Virus record (IMG/VR): IMGVR_UViG_3300041405_000166
Location: 26,792 to 90,791 of that record
Strand: one strand, 5' to 3'
Source: a virus
Length of the DNA: 64,000 nucleotides
Of the stretch, positions 28,220 through 38,607 are shown in pieces. The notes below the pieces were generated by a model. The model worked only from the letters and a program-made list of their open reading frames with translations. It was not told where the DNA came from and made no database searches. Position 1 is the stretch's first letter, and each line of letters begins with the position of its first letter. The position numbers were made by a program, and so were the translations under genes.

Positions 28220-31009
28220 ATGGCACGAAAAGAGCTACCCCGCATTGACCGGGACAAAATCCTGGCCGCGGTCGATATCGTTGAAGTGATCACCGGCTAC
28301 GGCGTGGGTCTGAAGAAGTCCGGCAAAGAGTGGGAGGCCTGCTGCCCGTTCCACAAAGAGCGCACGCCGAGCTTCAAGGTCGTTCCGGACAAACAAATTT
28401 ATTACTGCCACGGCTGCGGCGCGGGCGGTGACGCGATTCGGTTTGTCACTGACTTCGAGCAGATGAGTTTCGTCGACGCCTGCAAGGTGCTGTCGGGCGG
28501 CGATCTGCGCCAGGTGAACAATCTGACGCCAGTGCAGCGCGACTCGGTAAAGGTGAATGCCCAGCCGGAATGGGAGCCGATTATTCCTGTGCCTGAAGGC
28601 GTGCCGGATGCGACCTTCATTTACCGCCGGATGATCGATGGCGAGTGGCAGGAATTCCCGATCCAAACGATTTACCCATACCGCGACATGGGCAGTCAGC
28701 TGATCGGCTATGTCGTGCGCTTCCTGCATCCAGTCACTGGAAAAAAGGAACTGATGCCGCTGGTGTGGGCCCGCAACACCGAGGACAACCGCGAGGCCTG
28801 GCGTTGGCTGTCGTTCCCGAAACCACGCCCGCTGTACGGCCTTGATCGGCTGGTGCAGTTCGACAGCAAGGTTCCCGTGCTGCTGGTCGAGGGCGAGAAG
28901 TGCGTCGACGTAGGCGCCAGTGTCGTCCATCAGATCCCAATCGTGTCCTGGCCGGGCGGCGGTAAAGCGATTCGTTATGTCGATTTCAGTCCGCTGGCGG
29001 GGCGCAAGGTCATTCTGTGGCGGGATGCCGACATCCCGGGCTACCAGACCACCTACGGCTGGTTTAGCGAAGACGGCGAGCTGAACAAAGGCCTGGTGCA
29101 GCTGCTGCAAGAAGCCGGCGTGGCCGGGATCATGTGTGTCGAACCGCCTGATGGTTCGCCAGATGGCTGGGATATCGCCGACGCGATCGAGGTCGACGGC
29201 TGGGACAATGCGCACACGCTGGCCTATATCAAGGCGCATGCGGGAAAACCACTCGAGCCGCTGCCGCACTATGACGGTAACGATGAAGAAATCCCGGACC
29301 TGTACGAAGGTGAGGCCGAAGGCGCCAGCGTCGATGAAGAGGAAGAATTCAAGGACCCGGTCAGCGACGAATACATTGAAGTGTTCGACGACGAAGATGA
29401 TCCGTACCGCCCATTGGGTTATGACCATGGTTCGTTCTTCTACTTGGCCAAGGGTTCGCGCCAGGTGCATGAACTGACCGCGTCGGGCCACTCGAAACAG
29501 GCGCTACTGGCCATGGCTCCGTTGTCACACTGGGAAGCGCGCTACCCAGGCGCTACCAGCCGCGTATCCTGGGACATGGCGATCAATGCCCTGATGCGAA
29601 TGTGTGAGGCCGAGGGCATCTATGACCCTGACCGCATTCGCGGGCGTGGCGCCTGGTGGGACAGTGGGCGCTCGGTGTTGCACCTCGGTTCGCACCTGAT
29701 CGTGGACGGCACCGTTTGCCAGCTGCGCGACGTGGACGGCTGGCACATTTACGAGCATTCGCGCGCCATGCTGGTGGACATCGACCATCCATTGAGCGCC
29801 CGCGAAGCGTACAAGGTGATCGAGATCTGCAAGATGATGCAGTGGGAAAAACCGATCGATGCTTACCTGTTCGCCGGCTTCATCATGCTGGCGGCGATTT
29901 GCGGCTCGCTGGACTGGCGCCCGCATATCTGGCTCACGGGCGGTGGCGGTACCGGTAAATCCTGGGCGATCACTAACATCCTGTCGCGGTGCCTGGATGG
30001 GTTCGCGCTGAATGCGCTGTCATCGACCACCGAAGCGGGTATCCGTCAGGCCCTGGGACACGACGCGCGCCCGGTGATCTTCGACGAAGCCGAAGGCGAG
30101 GACGCTGGAGCTCAGCAGCGGATCCAGAACATCATGCAGCTGATGCGTCAGGCTTCCAGTGAATCCGGCGGCGAGATCCTGAAAGGCAGCGCCGGGGGTA
30201 AACACCAGTCGTTCCGCATCCGTTCGATGTTCGCGTTCTCCTCGATCGGCGTCGCGGTGCACCAGTACTCCGACAAAACCCGGGTATCGGTCCTGCAGCT
30301 GCGCGTAGATCAATCCCAAAGCCAGGAAGCCCGTGCGGAGCAGTTCTCCAAACTGGAAGAGCTGACCTTTGGCACGCTGACCGATGAGTTCGTGCAAAGC
30401 CTGCATGCTCGTTCGATTCGCATGATCGGGATCATTCGCGAAAACGCGAAGACCTTCGCCAAGGCCGGTGCCCGTGTTTTGGGTCAGCAACGGCTGGGCG
30501 ACCAGATTGGGGCCTTGCTCGCCGGTGCCTATGCGTTGCACTCGAACAACGTGGTCACCATTGAAGAAGCGCAGAAGTGGATTGAAGGCCAGGAGTGGGA
30601 AGAAGAAAACAGCCTGAACGAGCAGCGCGACGAGTTCTCGCTGATGGCCAGGCTGATGAGCCAGCAAGTGAAAGTGCTCGGCGCGCAAGGCAGCAACCTG
30701 GATCGAACCTTGGGCGAGTTGGTCGGCCTGGCGTCTGGGATGGAAACCGATCCTGAGGTCTATGTGCAGACGGCGAAAGAGTCGTTGATGCGCTACGGCG
30801 TCAAGCTGTCGGACGACCGCTCCGGCGTGATCATCTCCAACCAGCATGATGCGATCGGCAAGATTCTGCGCGACAGTCCATGGCCTAACAACTGGGGCAA
30901 GATCATCAAGCGGATACCGGGCGCAGTTCCTACGACCAAGACCGAATATTTCGGCGTTGGCGCTGTCTCACGAGCGGTAATGGTGCCAATTACGGCGCTG
31001 ATGGGATGA
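28220..31009 (+). CDS. DNA primase-helicase (CHC2 zinc finger + TOPRIM + P-loop)
   Basis: CPFH.E.TPSF..YYC.GC; LLVEGEK, DAD; GGGGTGKS and IFDEAE. Confidence 0.9.
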   Translation: MARKELPRIDRDKILAAVDIVEVITGYGVGLKKSGKEWEACCPFHKERTPSFKVVPDKQIYYCHGCGAGGDAIRFVTDFEQMSFVDACKVLSGGDLRQVNNLTPVQRDSVKVNAQPEWEPIIPVPEGVPDATFIYRRMIDGEWQEFPIQTIYPYRDMGSQLIGYVVRFLHPVTGKKELMPLVWARNTEDNREAWRWLSFPKPRPLYGLDRLVQFDSKVPVLLVEGEKCVDVGASVVHQIPIVSWPGGGKAIRYVDFSPLAGRKVILWRDADIPGYQTTYGWFSEDGELNKGLVQLLQEAGVAGIMCVEPPDGSPDGWDIADAIEVDGWDNAHTLAYIKAHAGKPLEPLPHYDGNDEEIPDLYEGEAEGASVDEEEEFKDPVSDEYIEVFDDEDDPYRPLGYDHGSFFYLAKGSRQVHELTASGHSKQALLAMAPLSHWEARYPGATSRVSWDMAINALMRMCEAEGIYDPDRIRGRGAWWDSGRSVLHLGSHLIVDGTVCQLRDVDGWHIYEHSRAMLVDIDHPLSAREAYKVIEICKMMQWEKPIDAYLFAGFIMLAAICGSLDWRPHIWLTGGGGTGKSWAITNILSRCLDGFALNALSSTTEAGIRQALGHDARPVIFDEAEGEDAGAQQRIQNIMQLMRQASSESGGEILKGSAGGKHQSFRIRSMFAFSSIGVAVHQYSDKTRVSVLQLRVDQSQSQEARAEQFSKLEELTFGTLTDEFVQSLHARSIRMIGIIRENAKTFAKAGARVLGQQRLGDQIGALLAGAYALHSNNVVTIEEAQKWIEGQEWEEENSLNEQRDEFSLMARLMSQQVKVLGAQGSNLDRTLGELVGLASGMETDPEVYVQTAKESLMRYGVKLSDDRSGVIISNQHDAIGKILRDSPWPNNWGKIIKRIPGAVPTTKTEYFGVGAVSRAVMVPITALMG

Positions 31010-31046
31010 TTTACCTGTTGCATATCTTTGCACTTGCGATAGCATA

Positions 31047-31682
31047 ATGAAAACGGAGCGCGTTATGTCAGAGGTTACGATGCGGATCTATTCGGGCGAC
31101 AATGAGGACCGCGCGTTCCTGAAGGGGGACATCATCCAGCACACGCACGGTCATGTGCTAATGGTGAATGTCGTCCGCTGTGGCTCGCACCTGCTTAAAT
31201 GCTCAAAGCTGAATATCGAGGAACGCTGTGCTATCTCGCGCAGCACAACGGACGATCCTTGGCTGCCGGCCGATCAGTGCTGGTTGCTGATGCGCCCGAG
31301 CGATTTGTCGATTGGTTCGGCTGAGTTCATTGCTGCGCACGGTGAGTTTTTCCCGGATAACAGCGGAAAACCGACGCGCTACAAAAGCTGGCTCGAAGTC
31401 TATCGCGATGAAGAAACGGGCGAAGTCTGTGCCGATCTGATGGGCCGACACTTCGATAAGCTGCTCGATGCGGTCGTATTCCTTGAGCAAATGTCGGATG
31501 AGGCCAGGGCCGCGTTGGCGCTGATCGCCAACAATTCCGACAAGCCAGGTACCACCAAGTTTTGTGGCGAGTGCGGCTGTTTGCAGCTGGTGATGCTCAG
31601 TTCTCAAAACGAAAAGCACTGTTCATCCTGCGGGCACGTCATGACGTGGGAATTAGCAGCTGGCCAGAAACCGGCCATTTAA
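31047..31682 (+). CDS. hypothetical protein with C-terminal Zn ribbon
   Basis: CGEC...CSSC. Confidence 0.6.
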   Translation: MKTERVMSEVTMRIYSGDNEDRAFLKGDIIQHTHGHVLMVNVVRCGSHLLKCSKLNIEERCAISRSTTDDPWLPADQCWLLMRPSDLSIGSAEFIAAHGEFFPDNSGKPTRYKSWLEVYRDEETGEVCADLMGRHFDKLLDAVVFLEQMSDEARAALALIANNSDKPGTTKFCGECGCLQLVMLSSQNEKHCSSCGHVMTWELAAGQKPAI

Positions 31683-31715
31683 CGGGCAAAGCCCATATAA
31701 AACGGAGCACTACCT

Positions 31716-32150
31716 ATGTCGAAGTACTGGAAGTTCACGAACCGGATTTTATTCACCCTGGCGCTGGTCGCGCTGCCGGCGATTAACTTCTTTACCGGTT
31801 CCGAGCTGGCGGGGAATCTGGCCAATTTCGTGTTGGCCCTGTTGATTGTGCTGCTGTGTATGGGCATTGGCACAACCTTGGATGAAAGCACCAAGGCGGC
31901 CAGTGGTTCGCTGAGCGAAGAGAAATTGGTCAAGTTTGTGGAGACCTTCAGGCCGCTCGATGACATTGAACAAACCCTGTTCAAGTTGTCCAGAGCGGCC
32001 TGGGTTGTTGGTCTGCTCGTGATGGCTGCCTGCGGTTACGAGTGGTTCGCCGGTTTCATCCTGGTGACATGGCTGTTCTGGGTGACATCGATGTCGATTG
32101 CTCGTGACCGTGCCGACGCTCTTCGTTCTAACGTTTCGAAGGCGGCCTGA
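31716..32150 (+). CDS. membrane protein
   Basis: Four hydrophobic segments, GGAG RBS. Confidence 0.65.
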   Translation: MSKYWKFTNRILFTLALVALPAINFFTGSELAGNLANFVLALLIVLLCMGIGTTLDESTKAASGSLSEEKLVKFVETFRPLDDIEQTLFKLSRAAWVVGLLVMAACGYEWFAGFILVTWLFWVTSMSIARDRADALRSNVSKAA

Positions 32151-32152
32151 TC

Positions 32153-33085
32153 ATGAACTTCACTCATCTGAAAAACGCGATCGTCTTCAAAGCGGAACTG
32201 CCGAACGCCAAGGACCTGGAAACGCACCTGCTCGAGCGCCCGTTCGATGAGCTGCCGGAAAACATGCTGTCGCGCTCGGGCTTCGTGCCGAACAGCTTTA
32301 CCGGTGAGTTGGTGACCACGTTCGAGGGCGGTTACGCCTTCACCCTGCGCGAAGACAGCAAGGTCTTGCCGATGAACCTGGTCAAGGCCGAGGCCACCAG
32401 GATCGTCAAGGAAGCCGAAAAGAGCAGTGGCGTCCGGCTGAAGAAGGTTGAGCGCGACGCGATCGCCGAGCAGACCCTGGCCTTGATGTGCAAAAAGGCC
32501 CTGGTCGAATCCCAGTACACGACGTGCTTCTATCACATTGGCGAAAAGCTGCTGATCGTACCCACGGCCGGCAAGGCGATGGCCCGCATGATCGTCGGTG
32601 TGCTGGTACATGTGGTGGGGTCGGTGAAGACCACCACCATCCATATCAGCGACATCAAAAACGGCCTGACCACGCGCCTGAAAAACCACCTGGAAGGCCA
32701 GCCGCAAGCGTTCGGCGAACTGCTGCTGGGTAACCTGGTTGAGCTGAAGAAGAAGGGCCAAAAAAGCCAGAAGGTCAGCTACCAGCTCGACGACCTGGCG
32801 GCGGGTAAAACCGGCCTGATCGAGGCGCTGGAAAACAAACTTGAGGTCCATTCGATCCGCTTCGAGCACGGCGAGATCGAGTTCAAGTTGAATGATGAGT
32901 TCCAGTTCAGCAGCATCAATTTCGCCAGCGATCCGGAGTACGACAGCAGCGAGCTGGAAGACACCGCGCACGTCTGGAGACATGAGGCATCGATTCAGCT
33001 GCTGGAGCTGGTCGGCGCGATCACTCACATCTGCGACCTGCTGGGCTACAAACCGCCAGTGGACGAAGAGGACGAAGCGGCATGA
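32153..33085 (+). CDS. rdgC: recombination-associated protein RdgC-like
   Basis: KNAIVF, GFVP, R...KVLP, 310 aa; typical phage RdgC layout. Confidence 0.75.
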   Translation: MNFTHLKNAIVFKAELPNAKDLETHLLERPFDELPENMLSRSGFVPNSFTGELVTTFEGGYAFTLREDSKVLPMNLVKAEATRIVKEAEKSSGVRLKKVERDAIAEQTLALMCKKALVESQYTTCFYHIGEKLLIVPTAGKAMARMIVGVLVHVVGSVKTTTIHISDIKNGLTTRLKNHLEGQPQAFGELLLGNLVELKKKGQKSQKVSYQLDDLAAGKTGLIEALENKLEVHSIRFEHGEIEFKLNDEFQFSSINFASDPEYDSSELEDTAHVWRHEASIQLLELVGAITHICDLLGYKPPVDEEDEAA

Positions 33086-33399
33086 GGATCGATCATAAGA
33101 ACAGGTTTGCTGGGATCCTGTTGAGTAATGGCCGGGTGATGAAGCCAGAAGATATTCATGCTCGACTCGACGACGAACTGCATAAGCTGATCATCCGTGA
33201 CGGTGTTGGCCCTGTCGCGACCGCCATCATTGATCTGCTGTGCGATCACAACCGCATGCAAAAAACCCTCAGCGATTTATCATCCGCTGCGGCTACAATG
33301 GCTGCCGCATCCGAACTGGTTCACGACGTTATCGAGAGCCGAACCCACCGCGCCCACCTTCCGGCTGGCGTGACCGAAGACAAGGAAATTTTATCTTGA
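33082..33399 (+). CDS. hypothetical protein
   Basis: ATGA-coupled ORF. Confidence 0.55.
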   Translation: MRIDHKNRFAGILLSNGRVMKPEDIHARLDDELHKLIIRDGVGPVATAIIDLLCDHNRMQKTLSDLSSAAATMAAASELVHDVIESRTHRAHLPAGVTEDKEILS

Positions 33400-33860
33400 G
33401 CGAACATCTCTACTACATCCCGTACACCGCGATTCGCCCAGGCACTGCCGCGGTAGCAGCCGTTGAAGCCACCGATGAGCAGGAAGGTTCACCGGCTATC
33501 CCGGCCATGGCCACCCATCGCATCTTCAGCGCGATCAATATTGCGTTGGACGAAGCTATCAGCGACGGCATGCAACTGGTGCAGATCGCCGCCATGATCA
33601 ACGAGCAGGACGGCGTTCTCGATGCCACGCCGCAAGGCTTCTTCCTGTTGCGCGGTGCTGAGCAGGCCTTGGCCCTGGAAGCGCTGGCCGGTGATGTTCG
33701 CCAGCTGATCATCGACGGTTACATGGGCGGCCTGGCCGCGGCCAAGTCGGAGTTCGCCGGTCCTAAGACGGCTGAGGTCTGGGCCGACAAGGCACTGTCT
33801 GGCTTCAGCAAGCAAGCACCGGCTGAAGAAGTCCAGGAAGTTGAACATCAGCCGGTATAA
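33396..33860 (+). CDS. hypothetical protein
   Basis: TTG start overlapping the upstream stop; ends before a terminator. Confidence 0.55.
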   Translation: MSEHLYYIPYTAIRPGTAAVAAVEATDEQEGSPAIPAMATHRIFSAINIALDEAISDGMQLVQIAAMINEQDGVLDATPQGFFLLRGAEQALALEALAGDVRQLIIDGYMGGLAAAKSEFAGPKTAEVWADKALSGFSKQAPAEEVQEVEHQPV

Positions 33861-33876
33861 ATACCGACAGCAGGAC

Positions 33877-33905
33877 AAAAAACCCGGTTAATCGCCGGGT
33901 TTTTT
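33877..33905. terminator. intrinsic terminator
   Basis: AAAAAACCCGG-TTAATCG-CCGGGTTTTTT. Confidence 0.8.
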
Positions 33906-33976
33906 CATGTCTGTGTGTTTGCTTTTTGATGTTATGGCTGTAAGCTTCCACAACGGCACAATGAAAAGGCGTCAGC

Positions 33977-34129
33977 ATGTCCCGCATGATCATCGACAGA
34001 AGAGGCCGCAAGGCCGTGTCAGCGTTGCAGCGCATGCGGGTGACGTACTGCCCTGTTTGCCAGACGAACTATGCGCAGCTGCACCACGCAAGCTGCCCAA
34101 CCTGTAAGGAGAAAGCCAAAGATGAATGA
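33977..34129 (+). CDS. 50-aa zinc-ribbon protein (not in ORF track)
   Basis: MSRMIIDRRG...YCPVC...SCPTCKEKAKDE*. Confidence 0.6.
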   Translation: MSRMIIDRRGRKAVSALQRMRVTYCPVCQTNYAQLHHASCPTCKEKAKDE

Positions 34130-34790
34130 GAAACCGATTTTGTTCAGTGGGGCGATGGTGCGGGCCATTATGGAAGGCCGGAAGACAGTGACGCGCCGTC
34201 CTCATGGGCTTGATGAGTTGAACCTGAATATGCCTGACATCTACAGGCTTGAAGGGGTTGGCAAAAAATCTGGTACCGCTGAGTTTTCTCACGGTGAAGA
34301 ATTTGAGCATCGCTTTGATGTTCGTTGCCCGTTTGGTGAGGTGGGCGATCGCCTGTGGGTCCGCGAGTCGTATCAGGTCAGCAAAAAATACGATGACGTG
34401 CCGCCTCGCGATATCCCTTGGGATCGCGGTGTCAGCACCTACTTTGCCGCCGGTGGTTCCCGTGCACATGACGATACCGGGGCCTATGTGAATGAGGACA
34501 CCATCTGTTTTCCGGACTGGGTAGGCAAGATGCGGCCTTCTATTCATATGCCGCGCTTGGCGTGCCGGACCGTGCTCGAAGTGGTGAGTGTCAAGGTCGA
34601 GCGCCTGCAGGACATCAGCAACGAACAGGCCGAGGCCGAAGGTGTCGACTTTCTGCGTGCCGCGCCTGACTGCGATGAAACGCTGACGGCCGCTCAGCTG
34701 TTCGATTGTCTCTGGTCATCCATCAACGGCGATGAAAGTTGGGCCGCTAATCCATGGGTGTGGGTCGTCGAATTCAAGGTGGTCGCATGA
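34122..34790 (+). CDS. ASCH/PUA-like phage protein
   Basis: PILFSGAMVRAI.EGRKT.TRR, GDRLWVRE, PSIHMPR, W..NPWVWV.EF. Confidence 0.8.
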   Translation: MNEKPILFSGAMVRAIMEGRKTVTRRPHGLDELNLNMPDIYRLEGVGKKSGTAEFSHGEEFEHRFDVRCPFGEVGDRLWVRESYQVSKKYDDVPPRDIPWDRGVSTYFAAGGSRAHDDTGAYVNEDTICFPDWVGKMRPSIHMPRLACRTVLEVVSVKVERLQDISNEQAEAEGVDFLRAAPDCDETLTAAQLFDCLWSSINGDESWAANPWVWVVEFKVVA

Positions 34791-35593
34791 GCGAGCTATT
34801 TCCTTGGAAGGCGGACGACGTCTGCGCAGCCTTGCGCCTGCGGTACCCGACCACCGAATATGCGATCGCCTTCGAGGTTCCTCACGAAGTCGGCGGCGGT
34901 AATCGTCGGGCCGATTGCGTGGTGATGAACCTGTGGCGTTCCCGCGGGTTGGAAATCATCGGCTTCGAGGTCAAGGTCAGTCGCAGCGATTGGCTGAGCG
35001 AACTGAAGAAGCCGGAAAAGGCCGATTCCCTGGCGCGCTACTGCGATCGCTGGTACCTGGTGATCAGCGACATGAAGATTATCAAGGACGGCGAGCTGCC
35101 ACCGGCCTGGGGATTGTTGTGCCGCAAGGGCGATCGCCTGGTGGAAGTGGTGAAGGCGCCGAAACAGAAACCGGTATCGCTTGATCGCCCGTTTCTCGCG
35201 TCCATGCTGCGGGCCAACGGTGGTGCTTCAGCCGAAGAGATAAAGGCCCTGGTCAATGCGCAGCTGAAGGAAGCGGTTGACCGCCAGACCGGCTACCAGG
35301 AAGGCATGACCAAGCGCGTGCAGCAGGAACTGGACGAGTTGCGCAACGTCGTCAAAGAGTTCGAGCAGCACAGTGGGCTCACCATTCACGGCAAATACCG
35401 ATGGAACAATTCCGCCGAGAAGACCGGCGCAGCGGTGAAGTTTCTGGTCGAGGGCGGCATGGACAGGGTGCCCGCCAGCCTGGCCCAGGTCGAAAGCACC
35501 GTTCAATCCTTGTTGGCCAGCATTCAATCGGCACGCGCAGCGGTCGAGATCACCACCGAACAAACAGGAGCACCATCCGATGGCACAAATTGA
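34787..35593 (+). CDS. PD-(D/E)XK nuclease-like (MmcB-like) protein
   Basis: RRAD...GFEVKVSRSDW..EL..PEK...ELP..WGL. Confidence 0.7.
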   Translation: MSELFPWKADDVCAALRLRYPTTEYAIAFEVPHEVGGGNRRADCVVMNLWRSRGLEIIGFEVKVSRSDWLSELKKPEKADSLARYCDRWYLVISDMKIIKDGELPPAWGLLCRKGDRLVEVVKAPKQKPVSLDRPFLASMLRANGGASAEEIKALVNAQLKEAVDRQTGYQEGMTKRVQQELDELRNVVKEFEQHSGLTIHGKYRWNNSAEKTGAAVKFLVEGGMDRVPASLAQVESTVQSLLASIQSARAAVEITTEQTGAPSDGTN

Positions 35594-36512
35594 GCGCAGC
35601 GGGAAGATCACCAAAAGCGAAGCCAGCCTGCATATCCTCGAGGAAGGTCGTCCTAGTGATTTCAGGGAAGGCGAGGCCTGGGAGCACATATATAAAAATC
35701 AGGTATTCAAGCGCGTCGTGTGGATGTTGAATCAGCTTGGCTGGACATTGACCATGCCGGAGGTAGAGCCGTATGCGAAGAAGGCCTATGGTAAGTACGC
35801 GATCGAATCCGCTAGGCGCAAGCGTTTCTGCCAGAAAGGCGACCTGAAAGCCGATCTTGAAATGTCGCACCAATCGATCGAGCTGAAGTTCTTTCAAAGC
35901 CTAAACACGCCGGACCGGGCTGACCATGAAGGCCGGTACCAGAATGACAAAGAGCTGCACATGACCTACATGATGCGCCTGGAGATGGAGCGCACGCGCA
36001 ATCGGATCACCACCTACCTGTGCAATGTGTTCACTGGTTACCAGGTTGAACAGGAGTACCGGCCGAAGGTCGGGCCGAAGGGAATCACCGCGCTCGAATG
36101 GAAAGACATGGAAATCCGGCGCAGTGGGCACTTTGTCGAGGCGCTCGGCCACGCGCGCATCCACTGCAAGCGCAGCGAGACCGGTCGAGACGGCGGTACC
36201 ATTGTTCACGGGGCGACCGTCTGGTTCAGGGACTGGCGGACCAAGCGGGTTTTCCGTGGGACCGCGTTCTATAGCCTGAATGATTCGTGGAAGATCATTT
36301 ACGGGAAATACGCGTACACCGTGTGCCAGATCCAGGACATCTATACCAAGCCGCCGGAGACCTTACGGATTCGCTGCGAGCGTGCGCGGGCTTCTCGGCT
36401 CAAGAGTGAAATCAGCACTGCGGTCAAGGCCATGAATTATGAGCGGGCGGCGAAGCTGCGCGACATCCTGTATCCGGATGGCGTGCCAGTCAAAGAAGGA
36501 GACGCGGCATGA
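35580..36512 (+). CDS. hypothetical protein with C-terminal UvrB/C motif
   Basis: AVKAMNYERAAKLRD. Confidence 0.7.
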   Translation: MAQIERSGKITKSEASLHILEEGRPSDFREGEAWEHIYKNQVFKRVVWMLNQLGWTLTMPEVEPYAKKAYGKYAIESARRKRFCQKGDLKADLEMSHQSIELKFFQSLNTPDRADHEGRYQNDKELHMTYMMRLEMERTRNRITTYLCNVFTGYQVEQEYRPKVGPKGITALEWKDMEIRRSGHFVEALGHARIHCKRSETGRDGGTIVHGATVWFRDWRTKRVFRGTAFYSLNDSWKIIYGKYAYTVCQIQDIYTKPPETLRIRCERARASRLKSEISTAVKAMNYERAAKLRDILYPDGVPVKEGDAA

Positions 36513-37042
36513 TGACCATCGAGGAGCGTAAAGCGTTCGCCAAACTGATCAGGCCGGCAGTAAAGGGCCAGTCGGACAAATTCAGTTGGCGGCTATTTCA
36601 GCGCGAGTCGATCCGCGGTAAAGAGCGGGTGTATATCATGGCCTACCACCTGGTCACTGGGATGCCGCGCACTCCTGACCTGGAGGCCTTGAAGGTCGGC
36701 GACGGTTCGCAGATGAGCCTGCTGATGGTTGGCGAAAAAATCGAAGAGTCCGGTTGGTTCCATGGCTCGCAGCTGCAGCATGTTGTTCGAAAGGGAATGC
36801 AGAAGGTCGACCAGTCGTGGGCCTATGGCCCGATGTTCAACACGAAGAACTGGCTCGATATCACCGATTGGTTTTGGACGCAGTACATGCTGCGCGGACG
36901 GTGCATCTTTATGCACGACGTCCATGCTCACTCGTGGATCAAAATCAATAAGAATGCCCGCAAGTGCGAATGGTGCAGTCAGCACCAGCGCCGCACCGTG
37001 GTCACCGAAAAAACAATCACTCGAAAGGAACGTTGGTCATGA
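36509..37042 (+). CDS. hypothetical protein
   Basis: Coupled ORF with C-terminal C..H...CEWC. Confidence 0.6.
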   Translation: MMTIEERKAFAKLIRPAVKGQSDKFSWRLFQRESIRGKERVYIMAYHLVTGMPRTPDLEALKVGDGSQMSLLMVGEKIEESGWFHGSQLQHVVRKGMQKVDQSWAYGPMFNTKNWLDITDWFWTQYMLRGRCIFMHDVHAHSWIKINKNARKCEWCSQHQRRTVVTEKTITRKERWS

Positions 37043-37527
37043 GCGAGAAAGCAGTAGTAATTGATCTGGATGCGATCGAGAAGGCGGCGAAGGCGGCACT
37101 GCAAGAGCCGGTGTCTACGGCGTTCCTGGTGAAGACGAACGATGAACTGAATGCCTGGATGGGTTCGTTCTACGCGGACGATGCCGAGACTGATGCTTAC
37201 CGGCTCCATTCCTTGTGGGCCTGGCAGGAACAGGAGCGGCGCCGTGCGCCCGTGGTGCTTGAGCTGATCCGCCGGCTGCGCGCTGCCGAAGCACTCGCCG
37301 CATCACGGATCGAGCAGATTCCGGTCGATACTCGCGTACTGGCCATCTTCGCCGACATAAAACCGGAGCACATCGCCTACGCTGAGGAATTCACCCGGCT
37401 GATCCAGCGGCGCACCAGTAGCTGGACTCTGGTTGCCTATTTCAATACTGACGCCCATATCGAAGCGCTGGATATCGAAACCATGCGTACCCGTGGGTGG
37501 ATCCGTGCACCGAGGACTGATGAATGA
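37039..37527 (+). CDS. hypothetical protein (Ea22-like motifs)
   Basis: IDLDAIE..AKAA...PVVLELI.RL. Confidence 0.55.
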   Translation: MSEKAVVIDLDAIEKAAKAALQEPVSTAFLVKTNDELNAWMGSFYADDAETDAYRLHSLWAWQEQERRRAPVVLELIRRLRAAEALAASRIEQIPVDTRVLAIFADIKPEHIAYAEEFTRLIQRRTSSWTLVAYFNTDAHIEALDIETMRTRGWIRAPRTDE

Positions 37528-37955
37528 ACGACTTCCTGCCGATCGAACAATGGTTTTCGACCTGGCCCACCGCCCGGGCCGACATTGAGCCACTGGTGCC
37601 TGATCGCCCCGTGTTCATCCGGTCGTCCAGCGTTCGCAATATGATCGAACTGGATCAGACCTGGGCACTTCAGATGCTGGCCTTGGCTCCTGATGAGGAG
37701 TCGTTCGGTATTCTGCAGGCGCGGATCCTCTGGCTGGGCACTGTTAATGCCGCCGTGTTGCATGCCTGTCGTCTGGATCAATACCATGGGCAGCCGCTCA
37801 ATGACTGCACGCTGGCCATGATCAATGACAGCGTCCAGCGCCAGGACGCATTCCGTCAATCGGCGCGGATGCCAACCTTTAAAGAACTGGCGCTCGAAGC
37901 ACTCGGTTTGTGCCCGTCCGTCAAAACCTTCGATTTTGTCTACACGGTGCAATAG
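37524..37955 (+). CDS. hypothetical protein
   Basis: ATGA-coupled, GAGG RBS. Confidence 0.55.
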   Translation: MNDFLPIEQWFSTWPTARADIEPLVPDRPVFIRSSSVRNMIELDQTWALQMLALAPDEESFGILQARILWLGTVNAAVLHACRLDQYHGQPLNDCTLAMINDSVQRQDAFRQSARMPTFKELALEALGLCPSVKTFDFVYTVQ

Positions 37956-37957
37956 CG

Positions 37958-38365
37958 ATGACCCTCTCTAATGATGCAATCAAACGGATCGCCCTCTGGG
38001 CACTGAGCGGTACCACTGGCGTGTCGGCATCGACGATCGCCTGTGTGGCAATGGGGGTTAAGGAAAACAATCGTGTTTCCTTCGACTGCCCGCATGACGC
38101 GGATGACTTCGGCCGCTGCCACCGCCTGTTGGGTCTGGTGCCGGAGCTGTTGGAGTATCTCCCTGCGGTGATCGAGGCCTGTCCTCAGTGGGCGCCGCTG
38201 GTGCCGATCTGGCATGAGCTGACCGCTCTCTATATAGAGGATCCTGCGCGATGTAATTACCGCATGCGTGACGTGCGTGACAACTGCCGCAAGGCCGGTG
38301 GCTGGCATAAAATAGGGTCCGGTGTTTGGGTACGCACTCGTCCACTCCCGCCAGGTGCAGAATGA
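37958..38365 (+). CDS. conserved phage hypothetical protein
   Basis: TGVSA.TI...P.DADDFGRC.RLL..VPE. Confidence 0.65.
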   Translation: MTLSNDAIKRIALWALSGTTGVSASTIACVAMGVKENNRVSFDCPHDADDFGRCHRLLGLVPELLEYLPAVIEACPQWAPLVPIWHELTALYIEDPARCNYRMRDVRDNCRKAGGWHKIGSGVWVRTRPLPPGAE

Positions 38366-38607
38366 GCATTATCACCAACCTGAACCATATTCGCCGCGAC
38401 CTGAAAGCCCGCGGCATCACCGAACAGCACGTCTATGCCATTCCACTGGCCGAGGTCGACGCTGCGGCACTGGAGATCTACAAATGCCTGTCAACCAATC
38501 CAAAGCAGGTCAGGTTTTCTCAATCCCAGATTCGCCAGGGAATCATGAATGGAAGCCTAACCCTTTTGGGCTCCCGGATTACCGTTGCCCAGATCATGCA
38601 CGACTGA
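38362..38607 (+). CDS. hypothetical protein
   Basis: Coupled ORF. Confidence 0.5.
   Translation: MSIITNLNHIRRDLKARGITEQHVYAIPLAEVDAAALEIYKCLSTNPKQVRFSQSQIRQGIMNGSLTLLGSRITVAQIMHD

Noticed and set aside
32102-32108. TCGTGAC inside a CDS (also at 63315)
   Set aside because: Lacks the +4 A and +8 T signature; treated as a chance occurrence
33907-34107. 66-aa ORF in the track
   Set aside because: The alternative frame 33977-34129 encodes a clear Zn ribbon and overlaps the next gene's start
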